Part shown: piece by piece, positions 10,314 to 19,948 of the stretch
Layout: each line of letters begins with the position of its first letter
Position numbering within the stretch: the first letter of the stretch is position 1
Source of the DNA: Methanothermococcus sp. SCGC AD-155-E23
GTDB taxonomy: Archaea > AGJL01 > Methanococci > Methanococcales > Methanococcaceae
Length of the DNA: 45,284 bases
Reading direction: 5' to 3'
Assembly (NCBI GenBank): GCA_019561615.1
Contig: JAHEQA010000006.1
Location: forward strand, 1 to 45,284
The notes under the pieces: model-generated
Told to the model about the DNA's origin: nothing
What the model saw: the letters and a program-made list of their open reading frames with translations, nothing else
Databases searched by the model: none
Made by a program: the position numbers and the translations under genes

Positions 10314-10390
10314 GCCTTGGTGGCTCAGCCTGGTAGAGCGTCTGCTTGGTAAGCAGAAGGTCGCGGGTTCAAATCCCGCCCAAGGCTCCA
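10314..10390 (+). tRNA. tRNA-Thr (GGT), CCA encoded, no intron
   Basis: Acceptor GCCTTGG/CCAAGGC, D arm GCTC/GAGC, anticodon stem TCTGC/GCAGA with loop TT-GGT-AA, T arm GCGGG-TTCAAAT-CCCGC, discriminator T then CCA. Confidence 0.97.
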
Positions 10391-10406
10391 TTTTTTATTT
10401 ATTTTC
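10391..10406 (+). terminator. T-rich terminator after tRNA-Thr
   Basis: TTTTTTATTTATTTTC directly after CCA. Confidence 0.65.
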
Positions 10407-10466
10407 TTAATATCCAATTATTTAAATATATTGATATCTCCCTTATTAAAAGAGAGGGAGTGAACC

Positions 10467-11232
10467 ATGCTTATACTTGCAGGTCTTGGACTCTACGACG
10501 AAAAGGATATGACGTTAAAAACCTTAGAACATGCCAAGAGGGCAGATAAGATATATGCAGAATTCTATACCTCCCTATTAACTGGTACAACTGTGGAGAG
10601 GATAGAGAAGGTTATTGGGAAGAAGATAACCCTCCTCACCAGGGAAGATCTAGAGTACAGGGGTTATAAGTTAATTGAGGAGGGTAGGGATAAGGTGGTA
10701 ATGCTCCTAACAGCAGGAGATCCCATGGTGGCAACAACCCATGTAGATCTGGCTATAGAGGCTAAAAAGAGAGGTGTGGATGTTAGAATTATTAACGCCC
10801 CCTCTATATACTCTGCAGTGGGGATCACTGGATTGCAGATATACAAGTTTGGAAGAACAACCTCAATTCCCTGAACCTAATTACTTCCCAGAGACACCTT
10901 ACAATGTTATAAGGGATAACCTGAGGATGGGACTTCATACCCTATGTCTCCTAGATATACAAAGTGATAAAAATAGATTTATGAGTGCTAACGAGGGTCT
11001 AAGAATCCTCCTTGAGATAGAGGAGAGAAGGAAGGAGAATGTTTTAAGTGAGGATACTAAAGTTGTTGTACTAGCTAGGGCAGGGAGTTTAAAACCAAAA
11101 ATAGTGTATGGCAGGATTGGAGATCTCCTTGATTACGACTTTGGACCTCCACTTCACTCTATCATTATCCCTGGAAAACTACACTTTATGGAGGAGGAGG
11201 CTCTAAAGTATCTATGTGAGAATGTACCCTAG
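10467..11232 (+). pseudogene. dph5: Diphthine synthase Dph5, split by a frameshift at about 10869-10874
   Basis: First frame: GLGLYDEKD, YAEFYTS, GDPMVATTH, GLQIYKFGRTTSI. The +1 frame continues FPEPNYFPETPY...HTLCLLDI...FGPPLH..IIPG.LHFMEEE. Confidence 0.9.
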
Positions 11233-11418
11233 TTAGGTAGAGGCCTTTATTCTTCTCAACCTCTCGTTTATCCTCTCCAACTCCTCCCTGGTTAACCTGG
11301 TGGACTGTTTAAGGTATTCCAACTCCTTCTTTAACTGGACTATTTTTATAAATAGTACAACGTTCAGTATAAGGCTGATAATCGCTACTATCATGGCTAC
11401 TGTGCCATAAAACGGCAT
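11233..11418 (-). CDS. Small single-TM + coiled-coil protein, third copy in the direction of transcription (minD-associated)
   Basis: 61 aa with hydrophobic N-terminus then LKKELEYLKQSTRLTREELERINERL. GAGGGGAG RBS. Paralogue of 11586-11768. Confidence 0.8.
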   Translation of the reverse strand: MPFYGTVAMIVAIISLILNVVLFIKIVQLKKELEYLKQSTRLTREELERINERLRRIKAST

Positions 11419-11657
11419 TTTCTCCCCTCATTTTTAAATTTTAAGGTTTTCCAGTCTCTCGTTTATCCTCGTAGACTGCTTCAACTGGTCCAACTCCCTT
11501 CTCAGTTGAAGTGCAGTTGTAAGTAGTAAAAGACATAGGGAGAGGCTAGAGAGGGAGAGTATAGATATTAAATTTTTTCCCTTTACTATGTTATCTTTAA
11601 TCTTCTCAGTCTCTCGTTTATCCTCTCCAACTCCTCCCTGGTTAACCTGGTGGACTG
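11261..11657. repeat. Perfect 47-bp direct repeat (11261-11307 and 11611-11657) within the paralogous small genes
   Basis: CTCTCGTTTATCCTCTCCAACTCCTCCCTGGTTAACCTGGTGGACTG occurs twice, 350 bp apart. Confidence 0.93.
11434..11571 (-). pseudogene. Middle (uncalled) copy of the small TM + coiled-coil gene, lacking a canonical start and 8 internal codons
   Basis: Minus strand reads LISILSLSSLSLCLLLLTTALQLRRELDQLKQSTRINERLENLKI*. Confidence 0.8.
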
Positions 11658-11768
11658 CTTCAACTGATCCAACTCTCTCTTCAACTGGATCAACTTTATG
11701 GAGAGTATAATATTCAGGGTAATGCTCAAGGTGGCTATAATTATAGCTATTGTGTCGTAGGATATCAT
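11586..11768 (-). CDS. Small single-TM + coiled-coil protein, first copy (coupled to minD)
   Basis: 60 aa. Its ATG overlaps the minD stop (ATGA). TM segment followed by LKRELDQLKQSTRLTREELERINERL. Confidence 0.82.
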   Translation of the reverse strand: MISYDTIAIIIATLSITLNIILSIKLIQLKRELDQLKQSTRLTREELERINERLRRLKIT

Positions 11769-12553
11769 TTTCTACCCCCGAATATCCCTCTAAGGAATTT
11801 TTTAATGAAGGACTCTTTCTCCTTCTTCTTCTCAGGTATGTACTTCTTACCTATCAACTTGGCAGCTATCTCCATGATAGCCTGAGCTGCTGGTGAGTCT
11901 GGATACTTTAGTACAATAGGTTCTCCAAATGCGGCACACTTTCTTACATTTGGATCCTCTGGAACTACCCCTAGTATTGGAACCTCTAAGATAGTTGCAA
12001 TGGCCTTTGAACTTAATTCTGAATCCTCCTTCATCGTTCTGTTTATTATGGCACCTAGTACATTTGTACCTAATTTTTTTGCAATGGCTATAACCTTCAG
12101 GGCATCGGCTATGGAGGATATCTCTGGGTTAACTACCAGTATTAGATGTTCCGAAGCTGAGATTGCTGTCAAGGCCTCCTTTCCAATACCTGCTGGACAG
12201 TCTATGATGATAATCTCTGCCATGTCATGTAACTTCTTTAACACCTCCTCCAATTTTTCCGGTCTTGCCTTCCTAAAGGCGTCTAGGGAGATACCTGCAG
12301 GTATTACCTTTACCCCTGCAGGTCCCTCGTATATAGCCTCCTCTATACTTGCATTGCCGGCAAGAACGTCGTTTAAAGTTTTACCCTTCTTCCCCTCAAT
12401 CCCCAGTACCAACTCCAAATTAGCCATTGCTATATCTGCATCTAACACTATTACATCCTTCCCAAATTTTGCCAGGGCTACTGCCAGGTTTGCCGCGATG
12501 GTGGTCTTACCTGTACCCCCTTTACCTGATGCTATTGCAATGGATGTAGCCAT
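11765..12553 (-). CDS. minD: Archaeal MinD/ParA-family ATPase
   Basis: Deviant Walker A SGKGGTGKTT, DADIAMANL, IIDCPAG and C-terminal amphipathic helix SFIKKFLRGIFG. ATG 12553 follows GGTGA. Confidence 0.92.
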   Translation of the reverse strand: MATSIAIASGKGGTGKTTIAANLAVALAKFGKDVIVLDADIAMANLELVLGIEGKKGKTLNDVLAGNASIEEAIYEGPAGVKVIPAGISLDAFRKARPEKLEEVLKKLHDMAEIIIIDCPAGIGKEALTAISASEHLILVVNPEISSIADALKVIAIAKKLGTNVLGAIINRTMKEDSELSSKAIATILEVPILGVVPEDPNVRKCAAFGEPIVLKYPDSPAAQAIMEIAAKLIGKKYIPEKKKEKESFIKKFLRGIFGGRK

Positions 12554-12558
12554 CTTTT

Positions 12559-13875
12559 TCACCTACTTAGAAGAATATTTTCCAATTTTTCAACTACAGT
12601 AACTATATCTTCCTCTTTTACCCCTAGGGGTGCACTTATAACAAGGTAATCGTAGGGATACCTCTTGAGATAGCAGGTGCCAAATTTATCAGTGGATCTT
12701 ACCCCTCTTGGACCTGTGACCCTTAAATTGTAAAGCTTCCCTGCTATCTCAACAGGGTCTGAATGGACGGTGACAGATAGGGATATTGGATTATCTATAT
12801 TTAAAACTTTACCTCCTGTCTTTTCAGCTAGGTTATTCAAAAGTTCTTCCAGTAGATCTCTACATCTCCTCTGCTCCTCCATCAACTCCAGGTATCCCCT
12901 CATACCCAGGGATAGTAGGGAGACAAGTATATTTACAACAGGGGTTGCACAGGCCCTACCTGGATAACTTAGTGACACCTCCCTTAAGAAATCCCTATCC
13001 TTGGAGTATACAATGCCCCCTCCTATAGGTGTAAGTAGGTTCTTATCTGAGGAGCTTACTACAGCATCTAGACGGTACTTAAGAGCCCTCCTAATTCTCT
13101 CTATGTAGTATCTACTTTGAAGTGCATAGGCGCCATTTACAATATGAGGTATGTTGTACTCCTCGCATATCCTGGCGATCTCCTCTATATTATCACTCTC
13201 CCTAGGTGGAAAGAAGGTTAAGGTACTTAATACACAGGGGTTGTTACCCTCCCTTATCTCCTGGACTATGGCATCCTCTATATCCTCCACATCCACCTTC
13301 ACCTTATCCCCGTAAAGTTTAGTCTCCACCAACCTCATCCTAAACCCAGCTAGATAGACCCCTTTTATTGGGCTCTTATGGGCTGCATAGGGGTATATTA
13401 CCACGTTGGAGTTGTACATCCTCCTGGCGGCGTTGAGGCAGAGAGAGAGGGAGAGTCCAGTTGCCACAGGTAGTCCTATCCCATAAACCTTTAAGCCAAG
13501 ATTTCTCAGGAAACTTGTTAGTATATCGTTGGTTAACCTGTACATTGCACTTGCACCTGGGGCCTTAGGTTGGGGATCTACAAGGTTACCACTTCTACCT
13601 ATTCCATGACAGAATCCAGAGACTAGCTCCTCCTGGATCCTGGAGACACATCTACCCTCCCTCTCCCCTACCCTTACAACCTTGGGATCCTTGTCAGTAT
13701 CCATAAGTGAGAGGAACTTTAAAAGTAATCTTATCTTGTCCTCAGGTATCCCCTCCCTTGGAATCCTTCGATGATCCAGGATGTCCTCGATATACCTTAG
13801 GTTGTCCTTCAACACCAGGAGCCCTCTATCTTCCAGGTTTTTAGGGATCAATCCACTTATATTCATTCTTAACAT
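12559..13875 (-). CDS. spcS: O-phosphoseryl-tRNA(Sec) selenium transferase (SepSecS)
   Basis: MDTDKDP...VGEREGR, HGIGRSGNL.DPQPKAPG, PLP lysine in SSSDKN, and YPGRA. Confidence 0.93.
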   Translation of the reverse strand: MLRMNISGLIPKNLEDRGLLVLKDNLRYIEDILDHRRIPREGIPEDKIRLLLKFLSLMDTDKDPKVVRVGEREGRCVSRIQEELVSGFCHGIGRSGNLVDPQPKAPGASAMYRLTNDILTSFLRNLGLKVYGIGLPVATGLSLSLCLNAARRMYNSNVVIYPYAAHKSPIKGVYLAGFRMRLVETKLYGDKVKVDVEDIEDAIVQEIREGNNPCVLSTLTFFPPRESDNIEEIARICEEYNIPHIVNGAYALQSRYYIERIRRALKYRLDAVVSSSDKNLLTPIGGGIVYSKDRDFLREVSLSYPGRACATPVVNILVSLLSLGMRGYLELMEEQRRCRDLLEELLNNLAEKTGGKVLNIDNPISLSVTVHSDPVEIAGKLYNLRVTGPRGVRSTDKFGTCYLKRYPYDYLVISAPLGVKEEDIVTVVEKLENILLSR

Positions 13876-13897
13876 ACTTCCACCTAATAGGGATACT

Positions 13898-14734
13898 ATG
13901 GGCATAAGGGATTACATGGACCTTATAAGGGTGAAGAACTGTTTAATCGCATCCCTTGGGGCCGCTATAGCTGGACTAATCGCCTCTAACTTTAACATCC
14001 ATATGCTAGATAGGATACTCCTCGCCTCCCTTGTAGTCTTCCTTATCTGTGGTTTTGGTAACGTTATAAACGACATCTACGATGTAGATATTGACAGGAT
14101 AAACAAACCTCACCGCCCCCTACCCTCTGGTAGGGTATCTCTAAAAGGTGCCAAAGTACTGGCCTGGATACTGGCTATATCTGGACTACTCCTTTCCCTT
14201 TTCAACTGGATATGTTTTGTTATAGCCCTACTTAACACCTTTATCCTCTACCTCTACGCCAGATTATTTAAAAGGGATAAGAGGATAGGTAACCTTCTAG
14301 TGGCATACCTTACAGGTTCTGTCTTTCTCTTCGGTGGTGCATCAGTGGGTAATATCCTTATTACATTTATACTCTTCCTCTGTGCCCTGTTAACTACCTG
14401 GGCCAGGGAGGTAGTTAAGGACTTTGAGGATATGGAGGGGGATAGGGAGAGGGGGGTAATCTCACTTCCAATAAAGTACGGTAAGAGGGCACTCTACCTT
14501 GCACTGGGACTACTGATTCTGGCAGTGATTCTAAGTCCATTGCCTTACCTCATGGGAATATTCAGCTATCTCTACCTTCTAGGTATAGCACTCTGTGATG
14601 TACTACTTCTCCACTCTATAGTAAAACTACTGAGGAACCCTACAAGGGAGGAGGCAGAGAGATGTGCCAGAGAGATAAAGATGATTATAAGTTTTATACT
14701 GATAGCCTTTATACTAGGGACAATCTCTGGATAA
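13898..14734 (+). CDS. UbiA family prenyltransferase, digeranylgeranylglyceryl-phosphate synthase
   Basis: INDIYDVDIDRINKPHRPLPSG and REVVKDFEDMEGD motifs, multiple TM helices. Start placed at ATG 13898. Confidence 0.88.
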   Translation: MGIRDYMDLIRVKNCLIASLGAAIAGLIASNFNIHMLDRILLASLVVFLICGFGNVINDIYDVDIDRINKPHRPLPSGRVSLKGAKVLAWILAISGLLLSLFNWICFVIALLNTFILYLYARLFKRDKRIGNLLVAYLTGSVFLFGGASVGNILITFILFLCALLTTWAREVVKDFEDMEGDRERGVISLPIKYGKRALYLALGLLILAVILSPLPYLMGIFSYLYLLGIALCDVLLLHSIVKLLRNPTREEAERCAREIKMIISFILIAFILGTISG

Positions 14735-14751
14735 ATCTATAGGGGGAGATT

Positions 14752-15399
14752 ATGAGTGGATTAAAGGATATAGAAAAATTTAAAAGGTTTATCAAAGGGG
14801 AGGAGAGTGATAAACCTGAGGTTATAGTTACTGGAAGATCCAACGTGGGGAAGTCCACCCTAGTTAGGATGATAACAGGTAATAAAAATGTGAGAGTTGG
14901 AAAGAAACCAGGGGTCACCTTAAAGATAAACAAATACCCCATGAAAAACTACATCTTAGTGGATCTTCCAGGTTTTGGATATATGAGAGGTCTGGAGAAG
15001 AAGGTTGAGGAGTCTATAAAGGATAAGATAGTGTGGTATATAGAGGATAACTGTGACAAAATAGCCTGCTCAATCTTGGTGATAGATGGGAAGGCCTTTC
15101 CCGAGATAGTGGAGAGATGGGACAGTAGAAATGAGATACCTATAGACATCGAGATGTTCCAATTTTTAAAGGAGTTGGATTTAAACCCTATAGTACTTGT
15201 AAACAAGATGGACAAGATAAAGAGGGAGAGATGGGATGAGCAACTAGATAGGATAGTGGAGTTATTTGGATACTCCCCTCCCTGGAGACAGTGGTCTGAT
15301 ATCTTCGTAGTTGGTTCTTTGAAGAAAAATTTTGGATGGAGTAGGATTCTCAGTATGATCAACAGATACGTTGAGGAGTATAGGAGAAAAAAGAGATAA
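14752..15399 (+). CDS. engB: GTP-binding protein EngB/YsxC
   Basis: [19 protein letters not shown] and NKMD. Confidence 0.92.
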   Translation: MSGLKDIEKFKRFIKGEESDKPEVIVTGRSNVGKSTLVRMITGNKNVRVGKKPGVTLKINKYPMKNYILVDLPGFGYMRGLEKKVEESIKDKIVWYIEDNCDKIACSILVIDGKAFPEIVERWDSRNEIPIDIEMFQFLKELDLNPIVLVNKMDKIKRERWDEQLDRIVELFGYSPPWRQWSDIFVVGSLKKNFGWSRILSMINRYVEEYRRKKR

Positions 15400-18072
15400 T
15401 TAAGTCACCTCCCCTCTCCTTGAAAGTACCTTTGTGAATATCTTGTCTAAGTCTACAGCCTTTCCATGATCTGCCTTGGCAGGATCTACCCCATCCTCTC
15501 CATAGGTGAATTGGACTATAAGTCCCTTTGCATCCCTAACTGTACCGTCGTACTCTACCTTTAAATCCTGGAGGGCATTTATAAGTCTCCTCTGCATATA
15601 CCCTGACTGGGCAGTTCTAACTGCCTGATCTACTAAACCTTCCCTTCCTCCCATGGCGTGGAAGAAGAACTCAGTTGGAGATAACCCATCTTTGTAACAA
15701 CTTCTAACAAATCCATGGGATCTTGCAGATAGACTTCCCTTCTTGAAGTGTGGAAGTGTTCTACCCCTGTAACCTCTAAATATTCTACCCCCTCTTACAG
15801 ACTGCTGTCCTACACAGGCTGCCATCATGGTAATGTTTAGGAGAGATCCTCTGGCACCAGTTCTAGCCATAAGTGCAGCATGGTTATCCTCACTTAGATA
15901 CTTCTCTGCAATTTTACCTGCCTCATCCCTTGCCCTACCTAGTATCTGCATAATGTAGGTTTCCCTGGATTCCTCCAAACTTCTTCCAGGTAGGGGCTCA
16001 AGGGTTCCCTCCTCGTAGGCCTTGATAATCTTCTCTACCTCCTCCTCAGCCTTATCCAGTATCTTCCTAATCTCCTCCTTGGCCTCCTCTGGAATATCTA
16101 CGTCATCTATACCTGTGGTGAAACCCCTTATCATAAGGGTCTCAATGGCCATCCTAGTAGACCTATCTAGGAAGTCCCTTGCAACCTTAGATCCATACTC
16201 CTTCACTATGGTATTCAGGAGGACACCAGCCTCTGCACCGTATCCATTTTTATCAATAACCCCCTTTACAAGTTCCCCATCCTTTATAACTACCTTGGCG
16301 TCGTAGGGACACTCCTCCTTGCATACGTCACACTTCTTACAGATCTTTGCCTTGTACTTTAGATTGATTCCCTTTGGTATTACCTTACTAAAGAGTTTCT
16401 TTCCACTGTAGAGCTCTACACCATCCTTGACCATATCAGGTTCTCCCAACCCCTCCCTGATACCTCCAGCTCTCAGTATAAGGGCTGCCTCATCCTTTGT
16501 AAAGTAGGAACTTGTTAGTATATAGGCTCCAGAGATGTGATCATGGATGGCCCCTATAATAGGTCCTCCAAACCTTGGGGAGATGATATGTTTCTCCACC
16601 AACATGAGGACTTCAGCTTCAGCCCTTGCCTCCTCGTTTTGAGGGACGTGGAGGTTCATCTCGTCTCCATCGAAATCTGCGTTATAGGGTGGACATACAC
16701 AGAGGTTGTGTCTAAAGGTTCTGTAAGGTAGAACTTTAACTCTATGGGCCATGATGGACATCCTGTGGAGGGATGGCTGCCTGTTGTAAAGTACTATATC
16801 CCCATCCATGAGGTGCCTCTCAACTACCATTCCCTCCTCAACCTTTTCAGCCCACAGATCCTTGTTCTTCTCATTTATCTTAATCTTAACCTCCTCCTCC
16901 CTTCCATCTGCCAACCTTATCTTCTTTATTATATAGTTCACTCCAGGGTGCTTATTTGCACCGTTCTTTATCAACTTCCTTATTCTCTCTATGTTATGTT
17001 TTGTAACCTTCTCAGGTACTGTCAACTTCATGGCTATTTCAACAGGCACCCCTACCTCGTTTATACTAAGTCTTGGATCTGGGGAAATAACAGTTCTTGC
17101 AGAGAAGTTTACCCTCTTACCTGCAAGGTTGTGTCTAAATCTACCCTCCTTCCCCTTCAACCTCTGGGCCAGTGTTCTAAGGGGTCTTCCACTTCTATGT
17201 TTAGCAGGAGGTATACCTGGAGCCTCGTTGTCAAAGTAGGTATTTACATGGTACTGGAGAAGATCCCAGAGATCCTCGATAATTAGATGTGGAGCTCCTC
17301 CCTCAATATTCTCCTCCAACCTCTGGTTTATCCTTATAATATCCACTAACTTATGGGTTAGATCGTCCTCACTTCTCTCTCCACTCTCCAGTGTAATGGA
17401 GGGTCTTACAGTAACTGGAGGTACAGGTAGTACAGTTAGGACCATCCACTCTGGCCTTGTAGTCTCTGGATTTATCCCTAAAAGTGGACAGTCCTCATCA
17501 GGTATCTTCTCCAGTATCTCCCTAACCTCTGAAGGGGTCATCTGTTTCTCTGTTTTACCCTCTATCCTGTAGTAGGTTGTAGGTTTGGAGTACTTGATAG
17601 TGTACTTGGTCTCTCCACAGTAGGGACATACCTCCTTCCCTGCAGCATCCTTAAGTATCTCGTCTACAAGGTCCCACTTGTTCCCACCTTCCTCCTCCAA
17701 CTTCCTCATCTTCTCTAGATACTCCTCTCTCTTAGCCTCAGAGAGTGTTACCCTTCCACAGTGAGGACATACAGCCTTAAGAATCTTGTATATCTCCTTT
17801 GCAAATCCAATATGTATTACAGGCTTTGCAAGTTCAATATGTCCAAAGTGTCCTGGACAGGTTCCAATCCTTCCACCACATGTTTTACATATTAACCCAG
17901 GGTCTATAACACCTAACCTTGTATCCATTAAACCTCCTTCTATTGGATAACCGTCATCGTCGTAGGTATCAGGGGTTACAATTCTCGCTACAGATATCTT
18001 CCTGATGTAGTCAGGTGAGAGAAGTCCAAATACAATCTCTCCAATATCCTTTGGAATGTCGTACTTATCCAT
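15400..18072 (-). CDS. rpoA1: RNA polymerase subunit A' (Rpo1N), intein-free
   Basis: Zn-binding CKTC...CPGHFGH, NRQPSLH, catalytic YNADFDGDEMN, and RTAQSGYMQRR. ATG 18072 follows GGTGA. Confidence 0.98.
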   Translation of the reverse strand: MDKYDIPKDIGEIVFGLLSPDYIRKISVARIVTPDTYDDDGYPIEGGLMDTRLGVIDPGLICKTCGGRIGTCPGHFGHIELAKPVIHIGFAKEIYKILKAVCPHCGRVTLSEAKREEYLEKMRKLEEEGGNKWDLVDEILKDAAGKEVCPYCGETKYTIKYSKPTTYYRIEGKTEKQMTPSEVREILEKIPDEDCPLLGINPETTRPEWMVLTVLPVPPVTVRPSITLESGERSEDDLTHKLVDIIRINQRLEENIEGGAPHLIIEDLWDLLQYHVNTYFDNEAPGIPPAKHRSGRPLRTLAQRLKGKEGRFRHNLAGKRVNFSARTVISPDPRLSINEVGVPVEIAMKLTVPEKVTKHNIERIRKLIKNGANKHPGVNYIIKKIRLADGREEEVKIKINEKNKDLWAEKVEEGMVVERHLMDGDIVLYNRQPSLHRMSIMAHRVKVLPYRTFRHNLCVCPPYNADFDGDEMNLHVPQNEEARAEAEVLMLVEKHIISPRFGGPIIGAIHDHISGAYILTSSYFTKDEAALILRAGGIREGLGEPDMVKDGVELYSGKKLFSKVIPKGINLKYKAKICKKCDVCKEECPYDAKVVIKDGELVKGVIDKNGYGAEAGVLLNTIVKEYGSKVARDFLDRSTRMAIETLMIRGFTTGIDDVDIPEEAKEEIRKILDKAEEEVEKIIKAYEEGTLEPLPGRSLEESRETYIMQILGRARDEAGKIAEKYLSEDNHAALMARTGARGSLLNITMMAACVGQQSVRGGRIFRGYRGRTLPHFKKGSLSARSHGFVRSCYKDGLSPTEFFFHAMGGREGLVDQAVRTAQSGYMQRRLINALQDLKVEYDGTVRDAKGLIVQFTYGEDGVDPAKADHGKAVDLDKIFTKVLSRRGEVT

Positions 18073-18083
18073 AGATCTCACCG

Positions 18084-19928
18084 TTATACTCTATCTCTAA
18101 CCTTCAACTTTGGATTTATACACATACTCTTAAGTTCATCTAGGAGCAACTTAAAGGCATAGGGCATCTTAACCTTTGGTATCTTCTTGTTACTTTGGGC
18201 GTCCTCGATCTCTCCACATACCTGACAGTACTTAATACCCTTTCTATGGTCGTATATGGCAATCTCTCCACAGTTTGAACAGATGTAGCACTCGTAGGGG
18301 TCAGATTCATCAAACAACCTCTCCTTTAGAAGTAGGGCAGCACCATGCCCTATGAGTACATCCCTCTCCATCTCTCCAAATCTTAGACCACCTTCCCTTG
18401 CCCTACCCTCTGTAGGCTGTCTTGTAAGTACCTGTATTGGTCCCCTACTTCTTGCGTGGATCTTACCTGCAACAAGGTGGTGCAACTTCTGATAGTAGGC
18501 TATACCTATGAATATCTCGCACTCAAACTTCTCTCCAGTCTTCCCACTGTACATTACCTCCCTTCCATGGTGTTTAAAACCGTACATCTCAAGGGTCTTC
18601 CTTAGATCCCACTCCTTCTCTCCACTGAATATGGTACCATTTATCCTCCTACCCTCCAGGGCTCCAACCTTCCCCCCTATCATCTCTAGAAGTTGCCCTA
18701 TGGTCATCCTTGAGGGTATGGCGTGGGGATTTATTATGAGATCTGGTACTACTCCACTTTCAGTAAATGGCATGTCCTCCTGGGGAACAATAAGTCCAAT
18801 AACCCCTTTCTGTCCATGTCTTGAGGCAAATTTATCTCCCAACTCAGGTATTCTCAAATCCCTAACCTTTACCTTTACCAGTCTATTTCCCTCCTTAGTC
18901 TCTGTAAGTACTACAGTGTCTACTGTCCCCCTCTCCCCATGTCTCACTGTAACAGAGGTGTCCCTTCTCTGGGATTTGGTCCTAAGGGATATATCCTGCT
19001 CCTCTAGGAACCTTGGTGGAGATGTCTTTCCAATTATTACATCCCCAGACTCTACCTCTGCCTCAACCTCAGCTATACCATCCTCTCCAAGGGCTCTATA
19101 GGCCTCCTCAGATCTGTATCCTCTAACTCCCCTTTCAGGTATTTCAAATCTATCCATCTGTCCTCCTGGGTATCTCTTCTCGTAACCTTCATAACATCTA
19201 AAGAAGGTACTTCTACCTAGACCTCTCTCAATGGAGGCCTTGTTAAATATAAAGGCATCCTCCATGTTGTATCCTTCGTAACTCATAATAGCCACTACCA
19301 AGTTCTGCCCGGCAGGTCTCTTATCGAATCCTATTATGTCCTGATGTTTTGTCTTCACTATAGGTATCTGTGGGTAGTGGAGAAGGTGATCCTTGGTATC
19401 CATCCTCTGTCTAATGTTGGACATTGGGAAACCTATGGACTGCTTTGCCATGGCTGCTGCCATGGTAATTCTCGGTGCAGAGTTGTGCTCAGGGTAGGGG
19501 GCGACACCTGCACCTACCCCTAAGATAGTCATAGGATCTATCTCTAGATGGGTGTGCTCCTCAGTTAGCTCATTCTCATATACTGCAATATAGGCATTCT
19601 CCTCCTCTTCAGCATCTAGATATTCAATAACCCCCTCCTTAACTAGATCTGAGAATGAAATCTCTCCCCTCTTTAACTTCTCAATATGTTCCTTAGTTAA
19701 CTTAGGTTTCCCATTTTCTACTACGATAAGGGGTCTTACAATCCTACCACCATCTGTGGAGATATGTATGTCGTTACTCTCCTCGTTGTAGGATATAGAG
19801 GTGTAAGGTGGTAACTCCCCCTTCCTCCTCTTCTCCCTTAAATATTTAACAACCTCCTCTGGATTATCTACAGTCCCTATCAACTTTCCGTTGAGATAGA
19901 GGTTTGCCTCCTTTCTCAAGGGTTTCAC
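18084..19928 (-). CDS. rpoB1: RNA polymerase subunit B' (Rpo2C)
   Basis: [29 protein letters not shown] and a C-terminal Zn finger. True start may be TTG 19919. Confidence 0.98.
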   Translation of the reverse strand: MKPLRKEANLYLNGKLIGTVDNPEEVVKYLREKRRKGELPPYTSISYNEESNDIHISTDGGRIVRPLIVVENGKPKLTKEHIEKLKRGEISFSDLVKEGVIEYLDAEEEENAYIAVYENELTEEHTHLEIDPMTILGVGAGVAPYPEHNSAPRITMAAAMAKQSIGFPMSNIRQRMDTKDHLLHYPQIPIVKTKHQDIIGFDKRPAGQNLVVAIMSYEGYNMEDAFIFNKASIERGLGRSTFFRCYEGYEKRYPGGQMDRFEIPERGVRGYRSEEAYRALGEDGIAEVEAEVESGDVIIGKTSPPRFLEEQDISLRTKSQRRDTSVTVRHGERGTVDTVVLTETKEGNRLVKVKVRDLRIPELGDKFASRHGQKGVIGLIVPQEDMPFTESGVVPDLIINPHAIPSRMTIGQLLEMIGGKVGALEGRRINGTIFSGEKEWDLRKTLEMYGFKHHGREVMYSGKTGEKFECEIFIGIAYYQKLHHLVAGKIHARSRGPIQVLTRQPTEGRAREGGLRFGEMERDVLIGHGAALLLKERLFDESDPYECYICSNCGEIAIYDHRKGIKYCQVCGEIEDAQSNKKIPKVKMPYAFKLLLDELKSMCINPKLKVRDRV

Positions 19929-19948
19929 CTTTAAGGTGTTTTCATATC

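Noticed and set aside
10314-10390. tRNA-Thr as an integration site for a mobile element
   Set aside because: I saw no duplicate of its 3' end and no integrase in the window.
10346-10549. 67-aa ORF overlapping the tRNA and the dph5 start
   Set aside because: It runs through tRNA-Thr and its terminator, so it is spurious.
10872-10874. dph5 TGA as a selenocysteine codon
   Set aside because: Read-through hits TAA two codons later, the homologous sequence continues in the +1 frame, and I could not recognise a SECIS.
11261-11657. Repeats considered as a CRISPR array or att sites
   Set aside because: There are only two perfect copies 350 bp apart, inside paralogous coding sequences, with no cas or integrase genes.
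12000-12602. 200-aa antisense ORF over minD, and similar antisense ORFs such as 18508-19101, 16744-17286, 24568-24981 and 27957-28403
   Set aside because: These are shadow frames of well-supported genes, with Ser/Pro/Ile/Phe-rich translations typical of reverse-complement codons.
15400-18072. Intein in rpoA' (present in some methanococci)
   Set aside because: Length of about 890 aa and the continuous NLCVCPPYNADFDGD region show an empty site.
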